Shown piece by piece: positions 1-25,900 of a DNA stretch of 64,000 nt (position 1 is the stretch's first letter; every line of letters begins with the position of its first letter). The translations under genes and the position numbers were made by a program. The stretch is from Eledone cirrhosa (lineage: Eukaryota), in contig OZ024752.1 in NCBI GenBank assembly GCA_964016885.1, forward strand, positions 5,642,001 to 5,706,000. Reading direction: 5' to 3'. A model generated the notes under the pieces. That model was given only the letters and a program-made list of their open reading frames with translations, was not told the DNA's origin and did not search any database.

Positions 1-2250
<2,250 letters not shown>

Positions 2251-2450
2251 NNNNNNNNNNNNNNNNNNNNNNNNNNNNNNNNNNNNNNNNNNNNNNNNNN
2301 NNNNNNNNNNNNNNNNNNNNNNNNNNNNNNNNNNNNNNNNNNNNNNNNNNNNNNNNNNNNNNNNNNNNNNNNNNNNNNNNNNNNNNNNNNNNNNNNNNNN
2401 NNNNNNNNNNNNNNNNNNNNNNNNNNNNNNNNNNNNNNNNNNNNNNNNNN
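2251..2450. other. Assembly gap (200 N)
   Basis: Run of exactly 200 N, probably a placeholder length. Confidence 0.99.
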
Positions 2451-2534
2451 ATGTTTTTCCTGGTCTACCTCTACCACGTCTTCCTTCAACTGGCATTTCC
2501 TGGCACTTCTTCACCCATCGGTCATCCTCCATGC
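2451..2534 (-). mobile_element. RTE family A LINE, short 5'-truncated fragment whose 3' end is lost in the gap
   Basis: Near-identical to 11180-11263; encodes [24 protein letters not shown]. Confidence 0.93.
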
Positions 2535-10140
<7,606 letters not shown>

Positions 10141-10598
10141 TGGTGGCTGCCAACTCGTTTTCGAGTACGGCCACTACTTTATATCCATGTAGGAGAACCC
10201 CTACCGATGCGCTGAACGAGTGTGACTTTTTAGTCCAGCCAGCGACTTGAAAACTCTGGTACAAACACTACACTTGTGACAATTACTGACACATAGTGCT
10301 GGGCCCATGGTACCATGTGACGACAAGTGCAGAGAGATCTCCAGATATAAAGCAATGCCTGTGCCGTGAAGCTTTTATAGTGAGCAAAGGCACTGCACAA
10401 AGCCAGTCCCACTCTCTTAACCAAGATGATATTTACCAAAAAGAAGAACAAGTCAACATCATTGGATACCATCAGGGTTGCAGGTGTTATATCAGAGTTT
10501 TCCTTCTCCTAGAATTCTGCCTTGACAAAGGCTAAGGGGTCATCCCTCCCGGTGAGTTTGGATGGCCATTGACTCTTAAGAGCTCCTTTGCCCTTTGA
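10141..10598 (-). mobile_element. Internally deleted (bipartite) RTE-derived non-autonomous element retaining a C-terminal C2H2 finger
   Basis: Minus strand carries an RTE-type 5'UTR motif (TAGCCTTTGTCAAGGCAGAATTCTAGGAGAAGGAAAACTCTGA), the frame [25 protein letters not shown] (stop 10203-10201) and a 3' hairpin (TACTCGAAAACGAGT) running into TA. No RT sequence. Family assignment is from recalled RTE motifs. Confidence 0.65.
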
Positions 10599-10865
10599 TA
10601 TACATATATATATACATATATACATACATATATACATATACATATATATATACATATATATATACATATACATATATATATACATATATATATACATATA
10701 TATATACATATATATATATACATATATATATACATATATATATACATATATATATACATATATATATACATATATATATACATATATATATACATATATA
10801 TATACATATATATATACATATATATATACATATATATATACATATATATATACATATATATATAC

Positions 10866-10898
<33 letters not shown>

Positions 10899-10911
10899 CA
10901 TATATATATAC

Positions 10912-10946
<35 letters not shown>

Positions 10947-11022
10947 CATATATATACATATATATACATATATACATATATATACATATATATACATATA
11001 TACATATATATACATATATATA
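10599..11022. repeat. (TATATATACA)n-type microsatellite
   Basis: Direct reading. Confidence 0.97.
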
Positions 11023-13611
11023 TCATCATCATCATCATCATCATTTTACGTCCGCTTTTCCCTGCTTGCAAGGGTGGGACGGGTCTTATTCAGCACAGCA
11101 TCTCTCCACTCGTCACGGTCCCTCGTCATCTCCACCGTGAGCTTCAATGATCTGAGGTCTGTTCTCACCACCTCCGCCCATGTTTTTCGTGGTCTACCTC
11201 TACCACGTCTTCCTTCAACTGGCATTTCCTGGCACTTCTTCACCCATCGGTCATCCTCCATGCGCATCACATGTCCATACCACCTCAGTCTCCTCTCCCG
11301 TACACTACATTCTATCCCTCTCAGACACAGTTTCTCTCTCAACACATTTATGCTGGGTCGTTCACGCACATTTACACTGCACATCCAACGGAGCATGCTT
11401 GCCTCATTTCTCTCCAGCCGTCGCATATCTTCTGCGGTAGCTGCCCATGTCTCACTACCATGCAGCATCGCGCTCCTCACACAGGCATCATACAACCGGC
11501 CTTTCGTACGCAGGGAGAAACCCTTCTTCGTCAACAGAGGAAGCAGCTCCCTAAACTTCTTCCAACCCGTCCTTATTCTAGATACTATGGCCTCGGAACA
11601 CCCTCCTCCCATGCTAATCTGATCTCCTAGGTACCGGAAGCTATCCACCACTTCTATAGCGCCCTCTCGCATTTGAAAAATGTGTCTATCAGTGCGACTT
11701 CTACTGTCTAATTTCCCTGTACATCTACTGCATACATATTTCTCCCTACCTGTTAGTTTGCCTGCTATCCCGCTACATCTCTTGTGTACCCAGGACCTAC
11801 ATTGTGTGCATTTTATAGAATTTATGCCAGTTCCTTTTCTGCATATCGAACATGGCCATTTCCCTGACGGAATCAGGGTTTTGTCCTCTTTTCTACTCAT
11901 CAACACTTTTGTCTTAGCTAGATTTACTCTCAGTCCTCTTGCTTCCAACTGCTGTTTCCATAGCCGGAATTTATTCTCTAGCTCCTCTACTGATTCTGCC
12001 ATAAGAGCCAGATCGTCAGCATAGAGAAGTTCCCATGGACAGCCAGTCTTAAACTCCTCTGTTATGGCTTGGAGGACTATAATGAACAAGAGCGGGCTGA
12101 GGACCGAACCCTGATGTACTCCTACTTGTATCTGGAATTCCTCACTAAACTCCATTCCTACCCTGACTTTACTGAGAGTACCTCTGTACAAAGTTTGCAC
12201 TGTCCTTACAAGCCATTCCTCAACACCCAGCTTCCTTAGGGACCACCAGATGACAGATCGGGGTACCCTATCAAAGGCCTTCTCTAGGTCAACAAAGGCT
12301 AAGTATAGTGGCTTATTCTTCTCTAAGAACCTCTCTTGCATTTGTCTCACCAAGAAGAGGGCATCTGTTGTACTCTTCCCAGGCACAAAACCAAACTGCA
12401 TCTCATCTAGTTTGACCCTTTCTCTAATTAGTTGTGCTAGAATCCTTTCTGCCACTTTCATAACCTGATCTATCAGTTTTATACCCCTATAATTGCTCCT
12501 CTCCAAAGCATCCCCTTTACCTTTGTAGCAATTTATGAGAATACTGCTGCACCAGTCTTTGGGTATGACACCACCATATATAGCCTGATTGATTATGCGT
12601 GCAACCAGTTTAGTGCCTACGTCCCCTGATGCCTTCAGCATCTCAGCAACTATTCCCGATGGTCCGGCCGCCTTACCATTTTTCATTTCCCTAATCGCCT
12701 CTTGGACCCTATATTCGTCAATCTCAATAGCTGGTCCCTCTGTCGGATCTACCAAGGGTAATTTCTCTCTCTCCCATTCGTTCTCCACATTCATCAGTCT
12801 CTCATAATGACATTTCCAGGCCTCCTTTTTCTGGTCATTCGTGACACTAAGTACACCGGCATCATCCCGGACACATTTATCACCAACAACATCCTGATTT
12901 GCATTGACACACTGCCTTGCAATGTGGAACACCGCACGCCTCTGATCTTCCCGTCGCAGAACATTGGCAAACCTCCTACTCTCTGCCTCCCTGCGTGCTA
13001 AGTACACCTGACGTCTAGCTTCTCTCTTAGTGGCTGTATATTCTTCCCTACTCCCACCCTTATTCCAAGCCTTCCATGCTAGTCTTTTGTCTCTAATAGC
13101 CTTATCTACACTGCTGTTCCACCACCAGGTCACTCTCTGTCTGGTTGGAGCTCTGCTCCAGCCACAGGTTTCATCAGTAGCCTTCAGCAAGTTGTCACGT
13201 AAGAACTTCCAGTTATTATCTATGTCATACGTCTCTAAATCGTCTTCTTTTTCGTCATATACATCTTGAAGGGCTTTCCTAAATTTGAATTTTAGTGAAA
13301 GGTCTTTTAGCTTCCAGACCTTTCTTCTCCACACCTTCCTATATGTCTCATTCCATCTCTTGCTTACTGAGATATCACTAACAACTAACCTATGCTGTGG
13401 GGTACATTCTTCCCCAGGGTATGCCTTGGTATTAGACACTATCTGCCTGTCCCGCTGCCTAACTAGCAGGAAGTCAATCTGGCTTATGTGCTCACCAGAT
13501 TTGTAGGTTATTAGGTGATTGGCAGGTTTCTGGAAGTTTGTGTTGCAAATAGTCAATGTACTTGCATCACAAAATTCAAGAAGTCTCACTCCTTCTTCAT
13601 TTCTTGAACCG
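11023..13611 (-). mobile_element. RTE-clade LINE family A, 5'-truncated copy with (ATG)n tail
   Basis: Open frame 13611-11046 with the end of the APE domain (SQIDFLL, TPQHRLV), RT motifs ([30 protein letters not shown]), a C4HC3 finger and [12 protein letters not shown]; (CAT)n at 11023-11044; flanked by TA arrays. Confidence 0.97.
11046..13611 (-). CDS. RTE reverse transcriptase ORF (5'-truncated, uninterrupted, ~855 aa)
   Basis: C-terminal part of the 1403-aa track ORF; its IY-rich N-terminus is microsatellite read-through. Confidence 0.9.
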
Positions 13612-15238
<1,627 letters not shown>

Positions 15239-15993
15239 AAAAACCCAGCGTCCACATACTCCCTCCACAGCACTAATATCAAGAAGTCTTCCTGTGAACG
15301 TGACCTGGGCATTACGGTCAGCAGCGATTTGCGTTGGACGAGGCACGTCTCTAAAATTGTCAAGAGGGCCGAGGGTGTCTTAGCATCACTCAGCAAGACC
15401 TTTGTCAGCCGCTCTCCAGATATCTATTTAAAGCTGTATACAGCTATGGTGCGACCACACTTAGAATTTGCATCACCAGTCTGGAACCCCTATCTTGTTC
15501 AGGACATTGACCGCCTGGAAACTGTTCAGAGACGTGCAACCAAGCGAATACCCTCCATCAGGCATCTACCAAACTCTGAGCGCCTTGCTTTCCTGGGCAT
15601 GGATTTATTGAAGCTCCGACGCCTGGCAACTGACTTGGTAAACACCCACAAAATTGTTAACCATGTTGCCAACAACAACCCTGAGTACTTTTTTGATTTC
15701 CATGTGTCTAACACACGTGGACATGCCCACAAAGTAAGAAAACAGCACAGTTCCCATGACTTTCGGAAACATTTATTCACGCTCAGAGTTGCTGAAGCAT
15801 GGAACAAACTACCTGCATCAGTTGTCAGCTGTCGAGACACTGCATCCTTTAAGGCCTCCATGCTTCCCGAGATCCGCCAACACTACAGCTAACACATACA
15901 AACATGTACTTCCCTGACATTTGTGTATTATTCTATGCACTATATTGACGAGTTGTAGTGCACCTGAGCACTTTACACAATAATTTCATTATT
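15239..15993 (+). mobile_element. CR1-group LINE, 5'-truncated 3' fragment (RT C-terminus + 3'UTR)
   Basis: [14 protein letters not shown]...[20 protein letters not shown]...[10 protein letters not shown]...TRGH...WNKLP; stop 15892; short UTR ending ATTATT into TA. Confidence 0.9.
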
Positions 15994-15999
15994 ATATAT

Positions 16000-16030
<31 letters not shown>

Positions 16031-16235
16031 CATACATGTATATATATATATATACATACATGTATATATATATATATACATGTATATATATATATACATA
16101 CATGTATATATATATATACATACATGTATATATATATATACATACATGTATATATATATATACATACATACATGTATATATACATATATATATATATACA
16201 CACATATATATACATATACACATACACACAAACAT

Positions 16236-16273
<38 letters not shown>

Positions 16274-16377
16274 TACACACACACACACACATATATATAT
16301 ATGTGTATGTGTTTTGAATTTAACAAAAAACTATTTAGAAATATTTTTTTCCATCAGTGTCATGTTTAATGTGTAAG

Positions 16378-16421
16378 ACTGACAGTTGACAGTTGACAGT
16401 TGACAGTTGACAGTTGACAGT
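16378..16421. repeat. (GACAGTT)n, ~6 copies
   Basis: Direct reading. Confidence 0.9.
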
Positions 16422-16521
16422 GTTTCATCATGGAAGAGAATGATGGATGCGCAGTAGTGGCTGTCATTCATAATCCACAGGGGAAAATATTACACTTACA
16501 GCTTTAAAAAACAAACTCTAG

Positions 16522-16755
16522 GGCAAATATACATCTGGAAGATAACAGATATGGTATGAAGGCAAATATACATCTGGAAGATAACAGATATGGTATGAAG
16601 GCAAATATACATCTGGATGATAACAGATATGGTATGAAGGCAAATATACATCTGGATGATAACAGATATGGTATGAAGGCAAATATACATCTGGATGATA
16701 ACAGATATGGTATGAAGGCAAATATACATCTGGATGATAACAGATATGGTATGAA
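16522..16755. repeat. 39-bp minisatellite x6
   Basis: GGCAAATATACATCTGGAWGATAACAGATATGGTATGAA at 16522, 16561, 16600, 16639, 16678 and 16717. Confidence 0.95.
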
Positions 16756-16902
16756 GTCAATATTATCTGAAGATTGTATGTGGGTTATACAAGTAACCTT
16801 ACAACTTTACTTGTGGCCAAATCACAAGTTTCAACTGACCAAAATCCTTCTTTCATGTACTTTATTATTTTGTTCAGGTTTTAGCAAGTCTAAATCCCTT
16901 TT

Positions 16903-19900
16903 TGGTGTACTTTACCAGAGTAAAGCTACTCCATTGATGTACTTTATCATAGTAAAGCTACTCCACTGATGTACTTTATCATAGTAAAGCTACTCCATTG
17001 ATGTACTTTATCATAGTAAAGCTACCCCACTGATGTACTTTATCATAGTAAAGCTACTCCACTGATGTACTTTATCATAGTAAAGCTACTCCACTGATGT
17101 ACTTTATCATAGTAAAGCTACTCCATTGATGTACTTTATCAGAGTAAAGCTACTCCACTGATGTACTTTATCATAGTAAAGCTACTCCATTGATGTACTT
17201 TATCAGAGTAAAGCTACTCCACTGATGTACTTTATCAGAGTAAAGCTACTCCCACTGATGTACTTTATCATAGTAAAGCTACTCCACTGATGTACTTTAT
17301 CATAGTAAAGCTACTCCACTGATGTACTTTATCATAGTAAAGCTACTCCACTGATGTACTTTATCATAGTAAAGCTACTCCACTGATGTACTTTATCAGA
17401 GTAAAGCTACTCCACTGATGTACTTTATCATAGTAAAGCTACTCCACTGATGTACTTTATCATAGTAAAGCTACTCCACTGATGTACTTTATCATAGTAA
17501 AGCTACTCCACTGATGTACTTTATCAGAGTAAAGCTACTCCACTGATGTACTTTATCATAGTAAAGCTACTCCACTGATGTACTTTATCAGAGTAAAGCT
17601 ACTCCACTGATGTACTTTATCATAGTAAAGCTACTCCACTGATGTACTTTATCATAGTAAAGCCACCCCACTGATGTACTTTATCAGAGTAAAGCTACTC
17701 CACTGATGTACTTTATCATAGTAAAGCTACTCCACTGATGTACTTTATCATAGTAAAGCCACCCCACTGATGTACTTTATCAGAGTAAAGCTACTCCACT
17801 GATGTACTTTATCATAGTAAAGCTACTCCACTGATGTACTTTATCATAGTAAAGCCACCCCACTGATGTACTTTATCAGAGTAAAGCTACTCCACTGATG
17901 TACTTTATCATAGTAAAGCCACCCCACTGATGTACTTTATCAGAGTAAAGCTACTCCACTGATGTACTTTATCAGAGTAAAGCTACTCCACTGATGTACT
18001 TTATCATAGTAAAGCCACCCCACTGATGTACTTTATCAGAGTAAAGCTACTCCATTGATGTACTTTATCAGAGTAAAGCTACTCCATTGATGTACTTTAT
18101 CAGAGTAAAGCTACTCCACTGATGTACTTTATCATAGTAAAGCTACTCCACTGATGTACTTTATCATAGTAAAGCTACTCCACTGATGTACTTTATCATA
18201 GTAAAGCTACTCCACTGATGTACTTTATCAGAGTAAAGCTACTCCACTGATGTACTTTATCATAGTAAAGCTACTCCCACTGATGTACTTTATCATAGTA
18301 AAGCTACTCCACTGATGTACTTTATCAGAGTAAAGCTACTCCACTGATGTACTTTATCATAGTAAAGCTACTCCACTGATGTACTTTATCAGAGTAAAGC
18401 TACTCCACTGATGTACTTTATCATAGTAAAGCTACTCCACTGATGTACTTTATCATAGTAAAGCTACTCCACTGATGTACTTTATCAGAGTAAAGCTACT
18501 CCACTGATGTACTTTATCAGAGTAAAGCTACTCCATTGATGTACTTTATCAGAGTAAAGCTACTCCCACTGATGTACTTTATCAGAGTAAAGCTACTCCA
18601 CTGATGTACTTTATCATAGTAAAGCTACTCCACTGATGTACTTTATCAGAGTAAAGCTACTCCACTGATGTACTTTATCATAGTAAAGCTACTCCACTGA
18701 TGTACTTTATCAGAGTAAAGCTACTCCATTGATGTACTTTATCAGAGTAAAGCTACTCCACTGATGTACTTTATCATAGTAAAGCTACTCCACTGATGTA
18801 CTTTATCATAGTAAAGCTACTCCACTGATGTACTTTATCAGAGTAAAGCTACTCCATTGATGTACTTTATCAGAGTAAAGCTACTCCACTGATGTACTTT
18901 ATCAGAGTAAAGCTACTCCATTGATGTACTTTATCAGAGTAAAGCTACTCCATTGATGTACTTTATCAGAGTAAAGCTACTCCACTGATGTACTTTATCA
19001 TAGTAAAGCTACTCCACTGATGTACTTTATCATAGTAAAGCTACTCCACTGATGTACTTTATCAGAGTAAAGCTACTCCACTGATGTACTTTATCATAGT
19101 AAAGCTACTCCACTGATGTACTTTATCATAGTAAAGCTACTCCACTGATGTACTTTATCAGAGTAAAGCTACTCCATTGATGTACTTTATCAGAGTAAAG
19201 CTACTCCACTGATGTACTTTATCAGAGTAAAGCTACTCCATTGATGTACTTTATCAGAGTAAAGCTACTCCATTGATGTACTTTATCAGAGTAAAGCTAC
19301 TCCACTGATGTACTTTATCAGAGTAAAGCTACTCCACTGATGTACTTTATCAGAGTAAAGCTACTCCACTGATGTACTTTATCAGAGTAAAGCTACTCCA
19401 CTGATGTACTTTATCATAGTAAAGCTACTCCACTGATGTACTTTATCAGAGTAAAGCTACTCCACTGATGTACTTTATCATAGTAAAGCTACTCCACTGA
19501 TGTACTTTATCAGAGTAAAGCTACTCCACTGATGTACTTTATCAGAGTAAAGCTACTCCACTGATGTACTTTATCAGAGTAAAGCTACTCCACTGATGTA
19601 CTTTATCAGAGTAAAGCTACTCCACTGATGTACTTTATCATAGTAAAGCTACTCCACTGATGTACTTTATCAAAGTAAAGCTACCCCACTGATGTACTTT
19701 ATCAGAGTAAAGCTACTCCACTGATGTACTTTATCAGAGTAAAGCTACTCCCACTGATGTACTTTATCATAGTAAAGCTACTCCACTGATGTACTTTATC
19801 ATAGTAAAGCCACCCCACTGATGTACTTTATCATAGTAAAGCTACTCCACTGATGTACTTTATCATAGTAAAGCTACTCCACTGATGTACTTTATCATAG

Positions 19901-22900
19901 TAAAGCCACCCCACTGATGTACTTTATCATAGTAAAGCTACTCCACTGATGTACTTTATCATAGTAAAGCTACTCCACTGATGTACTTTATCAGAGTAAA
20001 GCCACCCCACTGATGTACTTTATCATAGTAAAGCTACTCCACTGATGTACTTTATCATAGTAAAGCTACTCCCACTGATGTACTTTATCATAGTAAAGCT
20101 ACTCCACTGATGTACTTTATCATAGTAAAGCCACCCCACTGATGTACTTTATCAGAGTAAAGCTACTCCACTGATGTACTTTATCATAGTAAAGCTACTC
20201 CACTGATGTACTTTATCATAGTAAAGCCACCCCACTGATGTACTTTATCATAGTAAAGCCACCCCACTGATGTACTTTATCATAGTAAAGCTACTCCACT
20301 GATGTACTTTATCAGAGTAAAGCTACTCCACTGATGTACTTTATCATAGTAAAGCTACTCCACTGATGTACTTTATCATAGTAAAGCTACTCCCACTGAT
20401 GTACTTTATCATAGTAAAGCTACCCCACTGATGTACTTTATCATAGTAAAGCTACCCAACTGATGTACTTTATCATAGTAAAGCTCTCCACTGATGTACT
20501 TTATCAAAGTAAAGCTACTCCACTGATGTACTTTATCATAGTAAAGCCACCCCACTGATGTACTTTATCATAGTAAAGCTACTCCACTGATGTACTTTAT
20601 CAAAGTAAAGCTACTCCACTGATGTACTTTATCATAGTAAAGCTACTCCACTGATGTACTTTATCATAGTAAAGCCACCCCACTGATGTACTTTATCAGA
20701 GTAAAGCTACTCCACTGATGTACTTTATCAGAGTAAAGCTACTCCACTGATGTACTTTATCATAGTAAAGCTACTCCACTGATGTACTTTATCATAGTAA
20801 AGCTACTCCACTGATGTACTTTATCATAGTAAAGCTACTCCCACTGATGTACTTTATCAGAGTAAAGCTACTCCACTGATGTACTTTATCATAGTAAAGC
20901 TACTCCACTGATGTACTTTATCAGAGTAAAGCTACTCCACTGATGTACTTTATCATAGTAAAGCTACTCCACTGATGTACTTTATCAGAGTAAAGCTACT
21001 CCACTGATGTACTTTATCAGAGTAAAGCTACTCCCACTGATGTACTTTATCATAGTAAAGCTACTCCACTGATGTACTTTATCATAGTAAAGCTACTCCC
21101 ACTGATGTACTTTATCAGAGTAAAGCTACTCCACTGATGTACTTTATCAGAGTAAAGCTACTCCCACTGATGTACTTTATCAGAGTAAAGCTACTCCACT
21201 GATGTACTTTATCAGAGTAAAGCTACTCCACTGATGTACTTTATCAGAGTAAAGCTACTCCACTGATGTACTTTATCAGAGTAAAGCTACTCCACTGATG
21301 TACTTTATCAGAGTAAAGCTACTCCACTGATGTACTTTATCAGAGTAAAGCTACTCCACTGATGTACTTTATCATAGTAAAGCTACTCCACTGATGTACT
21401 TTATCAGAGTAAAGCTACTCCACTGGTGTACTTTATCATAGTAAAGCTACTCCACTGATGTACTTTATCATAGTAAAGCTACTCCCACTGATGTACTTTA
21501 TCAGAGTAAAGCTACTCCACTGATGTACTTTATCAGAGTAAAGCTACTCCACTGATGTACTTTATCATAGTAAAGCTACTCCCACTGATGTACTTTATCA
21601 GAGTAAAGCTACTCCACTGGTGTACTTTATCATAGTAAAGCTACTCCACTGATGTACTTTATCATAGTAAAGCCACCCCACTGATGTACTTTATCATAGT
21701 AAAGCTACTCCACTGATGTACTTTATCAGAGTAAAGCTACTCCACTGATGTACTTTATCATAGTAAAGCCACCCCACTGATGTACTTTATCATAGTAAAG
21801 CCACTCCACTGATGTACTTTATCATAGTAAAGCTACTCCACTGATGTACTTTATCATAGTAAAGCCACCCAACTGATGTACTTTATCATAGTAAAGCTAC
21901 TCCACTGATGTACTTTATCATAGTAAAGCCACTCCACTGATGTACTTTATCATAGTAAAGCTACTCCACTGATGTACTTTATCATAGTAAAGCCACCCCA
22001 CTGATGTACTTTATCATAGTAAAGCTACTCCACTGATGTACTTTATCAGAGTAAAGCTACTCCACTGATGTACTTTATCATAGTAAAGCCACCCCACTGA
22101 TGTACTTTATCATAGTAAAGCCACTCCACTGATGTACTTTATCATAGTAAAGCTACTCCACTGATGTACTTTATCATAGTAAAGCCACCCAACTGATGTA
22201 CTTTATCATAGTAAAGCTACTCCACTGATGTACTTTATCATAGTAAAGCCACTCCACTGATGTACTTTATCATAGTAAAGCTACTCCACTGATGTACTTT
22301 ATCATAGTAAAGCCACCCAACTGATGTACTTTATCAGAGTAAAGCTACTCCACTGATGTACTTTATCATAGTAAAGCTACTCCACTGATGTACTTTATCA
22401 TAGTAAAGCCACCCCACTGATGTACTTTATCATAGTAAAGCTACTCCACTGATGTACTTTATCAGAGTAAAGCTACTCCACTGATGTACTTTATCAGAGT
22501 AAAGCTACTCCCACTGATGTACTTTATCAGAGTAAAGCTACTCCCACTGATGTACTTTATCATAGTAAAGCCACCCAACTGATGTACTTTATCAGAGTAA
22601 AGCTACTCCCACTGATGTACTTTATCAGAGTAAAGCTACTCCACTGATGTACTTTATCATAGTAAAGCTACTCCACTGATGTACTTTATCATAGTAAAGC
22701 TACTCCACTGATGTACTTTATCATAGTAAAGCTACTCCACTGATGTACTTTATCAGAGTAAAGCTACTCCACTGATGTACTTTATCAGAGTAAAGCTACT
22801 CCACTGGTGTACTTTATCATAGTAAAGCTACTCCACTGATGTACTTTATCATAGTAAAGCTACTCCACTGATGTACTTTATCAGAGTAAAGCTACTCCAC

Positions 22901-25900
22901 TGATGTACTTTATCATAGTAAAGCTACTCCACTGATGTACTTTATCAGAGTAAAGCTACTCCACTGATGTACTTTATCATAGTAAAGCTACTCCACTGAT
23001 GTACTTTATCAGAGTAAAGCTACTCCACTGATGTACTTTATCAGAGTAAAGCTACTCCACTGATGTACTTTATCAGAGTAAAGCTACTCCACTGATGTAC
23101 TTTATCAGAGTAAAGCTACTCCACTGATGTACTTTATCAGAGTAAAGCTACTCCACTGATGTACTTTATCAGAGTAAAGCTACTCCACTGATGTACTTTA
23201 CCAGAGTAAAGCTACTCCACTGATGTACTTTATCAGAGTAAAGCTACTCCACTGATGTACTTTATCAGAGTAAAGCTACTCCACTGATGTACTTTATCAG
23301 AGTAAAGCTACTCCACTGGTGTACTTTATCATAGTAAAGCTACTCCACTGATGTACTTTATCATAGTAAAGCTACTCCACTGATGTACTTTATCAGAGTA
23401 AAGCTACTCCACTGATGTACTTTATCATAGTAAAGCTACTCCACTGATGTACTTTATCAGAGTAAAGCTACTCCACTGATGTACTTTATCATAGTAAAGC
23501 TACTCCACTGATGTACTTTATCAGAGTAAAGCTACTCCACTGATGTACTTTATCAGAGTAAAGCTACTCCACTGATGTACTTTATCAGAGTAAAGCTACT
23601 CCACTGATGTACTTTATCAGAGTAAAGCTACTCCACTGATGTACTTTATCAGAGTAAAGCTACTCCACTGATGTACTTTATCAGAGTAAAGCTACTCCAC
23701 TGATGTACTTTACCAGAGTAAAGCTACTCCACTGATGTACTTTATCAGAGTAAAGCTACTCCACTGATGTACTTTATCAGAGTAAAGCTACTCCACTGAT
23801 GTACTTTATCAGAGTAAAGCTACTCCACTGATGTACTTTATCAGAGTAAAGCTACTCCCACTGATGTACTTTATCATAGTAAAGCTACTCCACTGATGTA
23901 CTTTATCATAGTAAAGCTACTCCCACTGATGTACTTTATCAGAGTAAAGCTACTCCACTGATGTACTTTATCAGAGTAAAGCTACTCCACTGATGTACTT
24001 TATCATAGTAAAGCTACTCCACTGATGTACTTTATCAGAGTAAAGCTACTCCACTGATGTACTTTATCATAGTAAAGCTACTCCACTGATGTACTTTATC
24101 AGAGTAAAGCTACTCCACTGATGTACTTTATCAGAGTAAAGCTACTCCACTGATGTACTTTATCAGAATAAAGCCACTCCACTGATGTACTTTATCATAG
24201 TAAAGCTACTCCACTGATGTACTTTATCATAGTAAAGCTACTCCACTGATGTACTTTATCATAGTAAAGCTACTCCACTGATGTACTTTATCATAGTAAA
24301 GCTACTCCACTGATGTACTTTACCAGAGTAAAGCTACTCCATTGATGTACTTTATCATAGTAAAGCTACTCCACTGATGTACTTTATCATAGTAAAGCTA
24401 CTCCACTGATGTACTTTATCAGAGTAAAGCTACTCCACTGATGTACTTTATCATAGTAAAGCTACTCCACTGATGTACTTTATCAGAGTAAAGCTACTCC
24501 ACTGATGTACTTTATCAGAGTAAAGCTACCCAACTGATGTACTTTATCATAGTAAAGCTCTCCACTGATGTACTTTATCATAGTAAAGCTACCCAACTGA
24601 TGTACTTTATCATAGTAAAGCTCTCCACTGATGTACTTTATCAGAGTAAAGCTACTCCACTGATGTACTTTATCATAGTAAAGCTACTCCCACTGATGTA
24701 CTTTATCATAGTAAAGCTACTCCACTGATGTACTTTATCAGAGTAAAGCTACTCCACTGATGTACTTTATCATAGTAAAGCTACTCCACTGATGTACTTT
24801 ATCAGAGTAAAGCTACTCCACTGATGTACTTTATCATAGTAAAGCTACTCCACTGATGTACTTTATCAGAGTAAAGCTACCCAACTGATGTACTTTATCA
24901 TAGTAAAGCTCTCCACTGATGTACTTTATCATAGTAAAGCTACCCAACTGATGTACTTTATCATAGTAAAGCTCTCCACTGATGTACTTTATCAGAGTAA
25001 AGCTACTCCACTGATGTACTTTATCATAGTAAAGCTACTCCACTGATGTACTTTATCATAGTAAAGCTACTCCACTGATGTACTTTATCAGAGTAAAGCC
25101 ACCCCATTGATGTACTTTATCAAAGTAAAGCTACTCCACTGATGTACTTTATCAGAATAAAGCTACTCCACTGATGTACTTTATCATAGTAAAGCTACTC
25201 CCACTGATGTACTTTATCATAGTAAAGCTACTCCACTGATGTACTTTATCATAGTAAAGCTACTCCACTGATGTACTTTATCATAGTAAAGCTACTCCCA
25301 CTGATGTACTTTATCATAGTAAAGCTACTCCACTGATGTACTTTATCAGAGTAAAGCCACCCCATTGATGTACTTTATCAAAGTAAAGCTACTCCACTGA
25401 TGTACTTTATCAGAATAAAGCTACTCCACTGATGTACTTTATCAGAGTAAAGCTACCCCACTGATGTACTTTATCATAGTAAAGCTACTCCCACTGATGT
25501 ACTTTATCAGAGTAAAGCTACTCCACTGGTGTACTTTATCAGAGTAAAGCTACTCCACTGATGTACTTTATCAGAGTAAAGCTACTCCACTGATGTACTT
25601 TATCATAGTAAAGCTACTCCACTGGTGTACTTTATCATAGTAAAGCTACTCCACTGGTGTACTTTATCATAGTAAAGCTACTCCACTGGTGTACTTTATC
25701 ATAGTAAAGCTACTCCACTGGTGTACTTTATCATAGTAAAGCTACTCCACTGGTGTACTTTATCATAGTAAAGCTACTCCACTGATGTACTTTATCATAG
25801 TAAAGCTACTCCACTGATGTACTTTATCATAGTAAAGCTACTCCCACTGATGTACTTTATCAGAGTAAAGCTACTCCACTGATGTACTTTATCAGAGTAA

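Noticed and set aside
11180-13506. Short plus-strand ORFs within the LINE (mirrored at 39407-41838)
   Set aside because: Antisense shadows of the RT frame.
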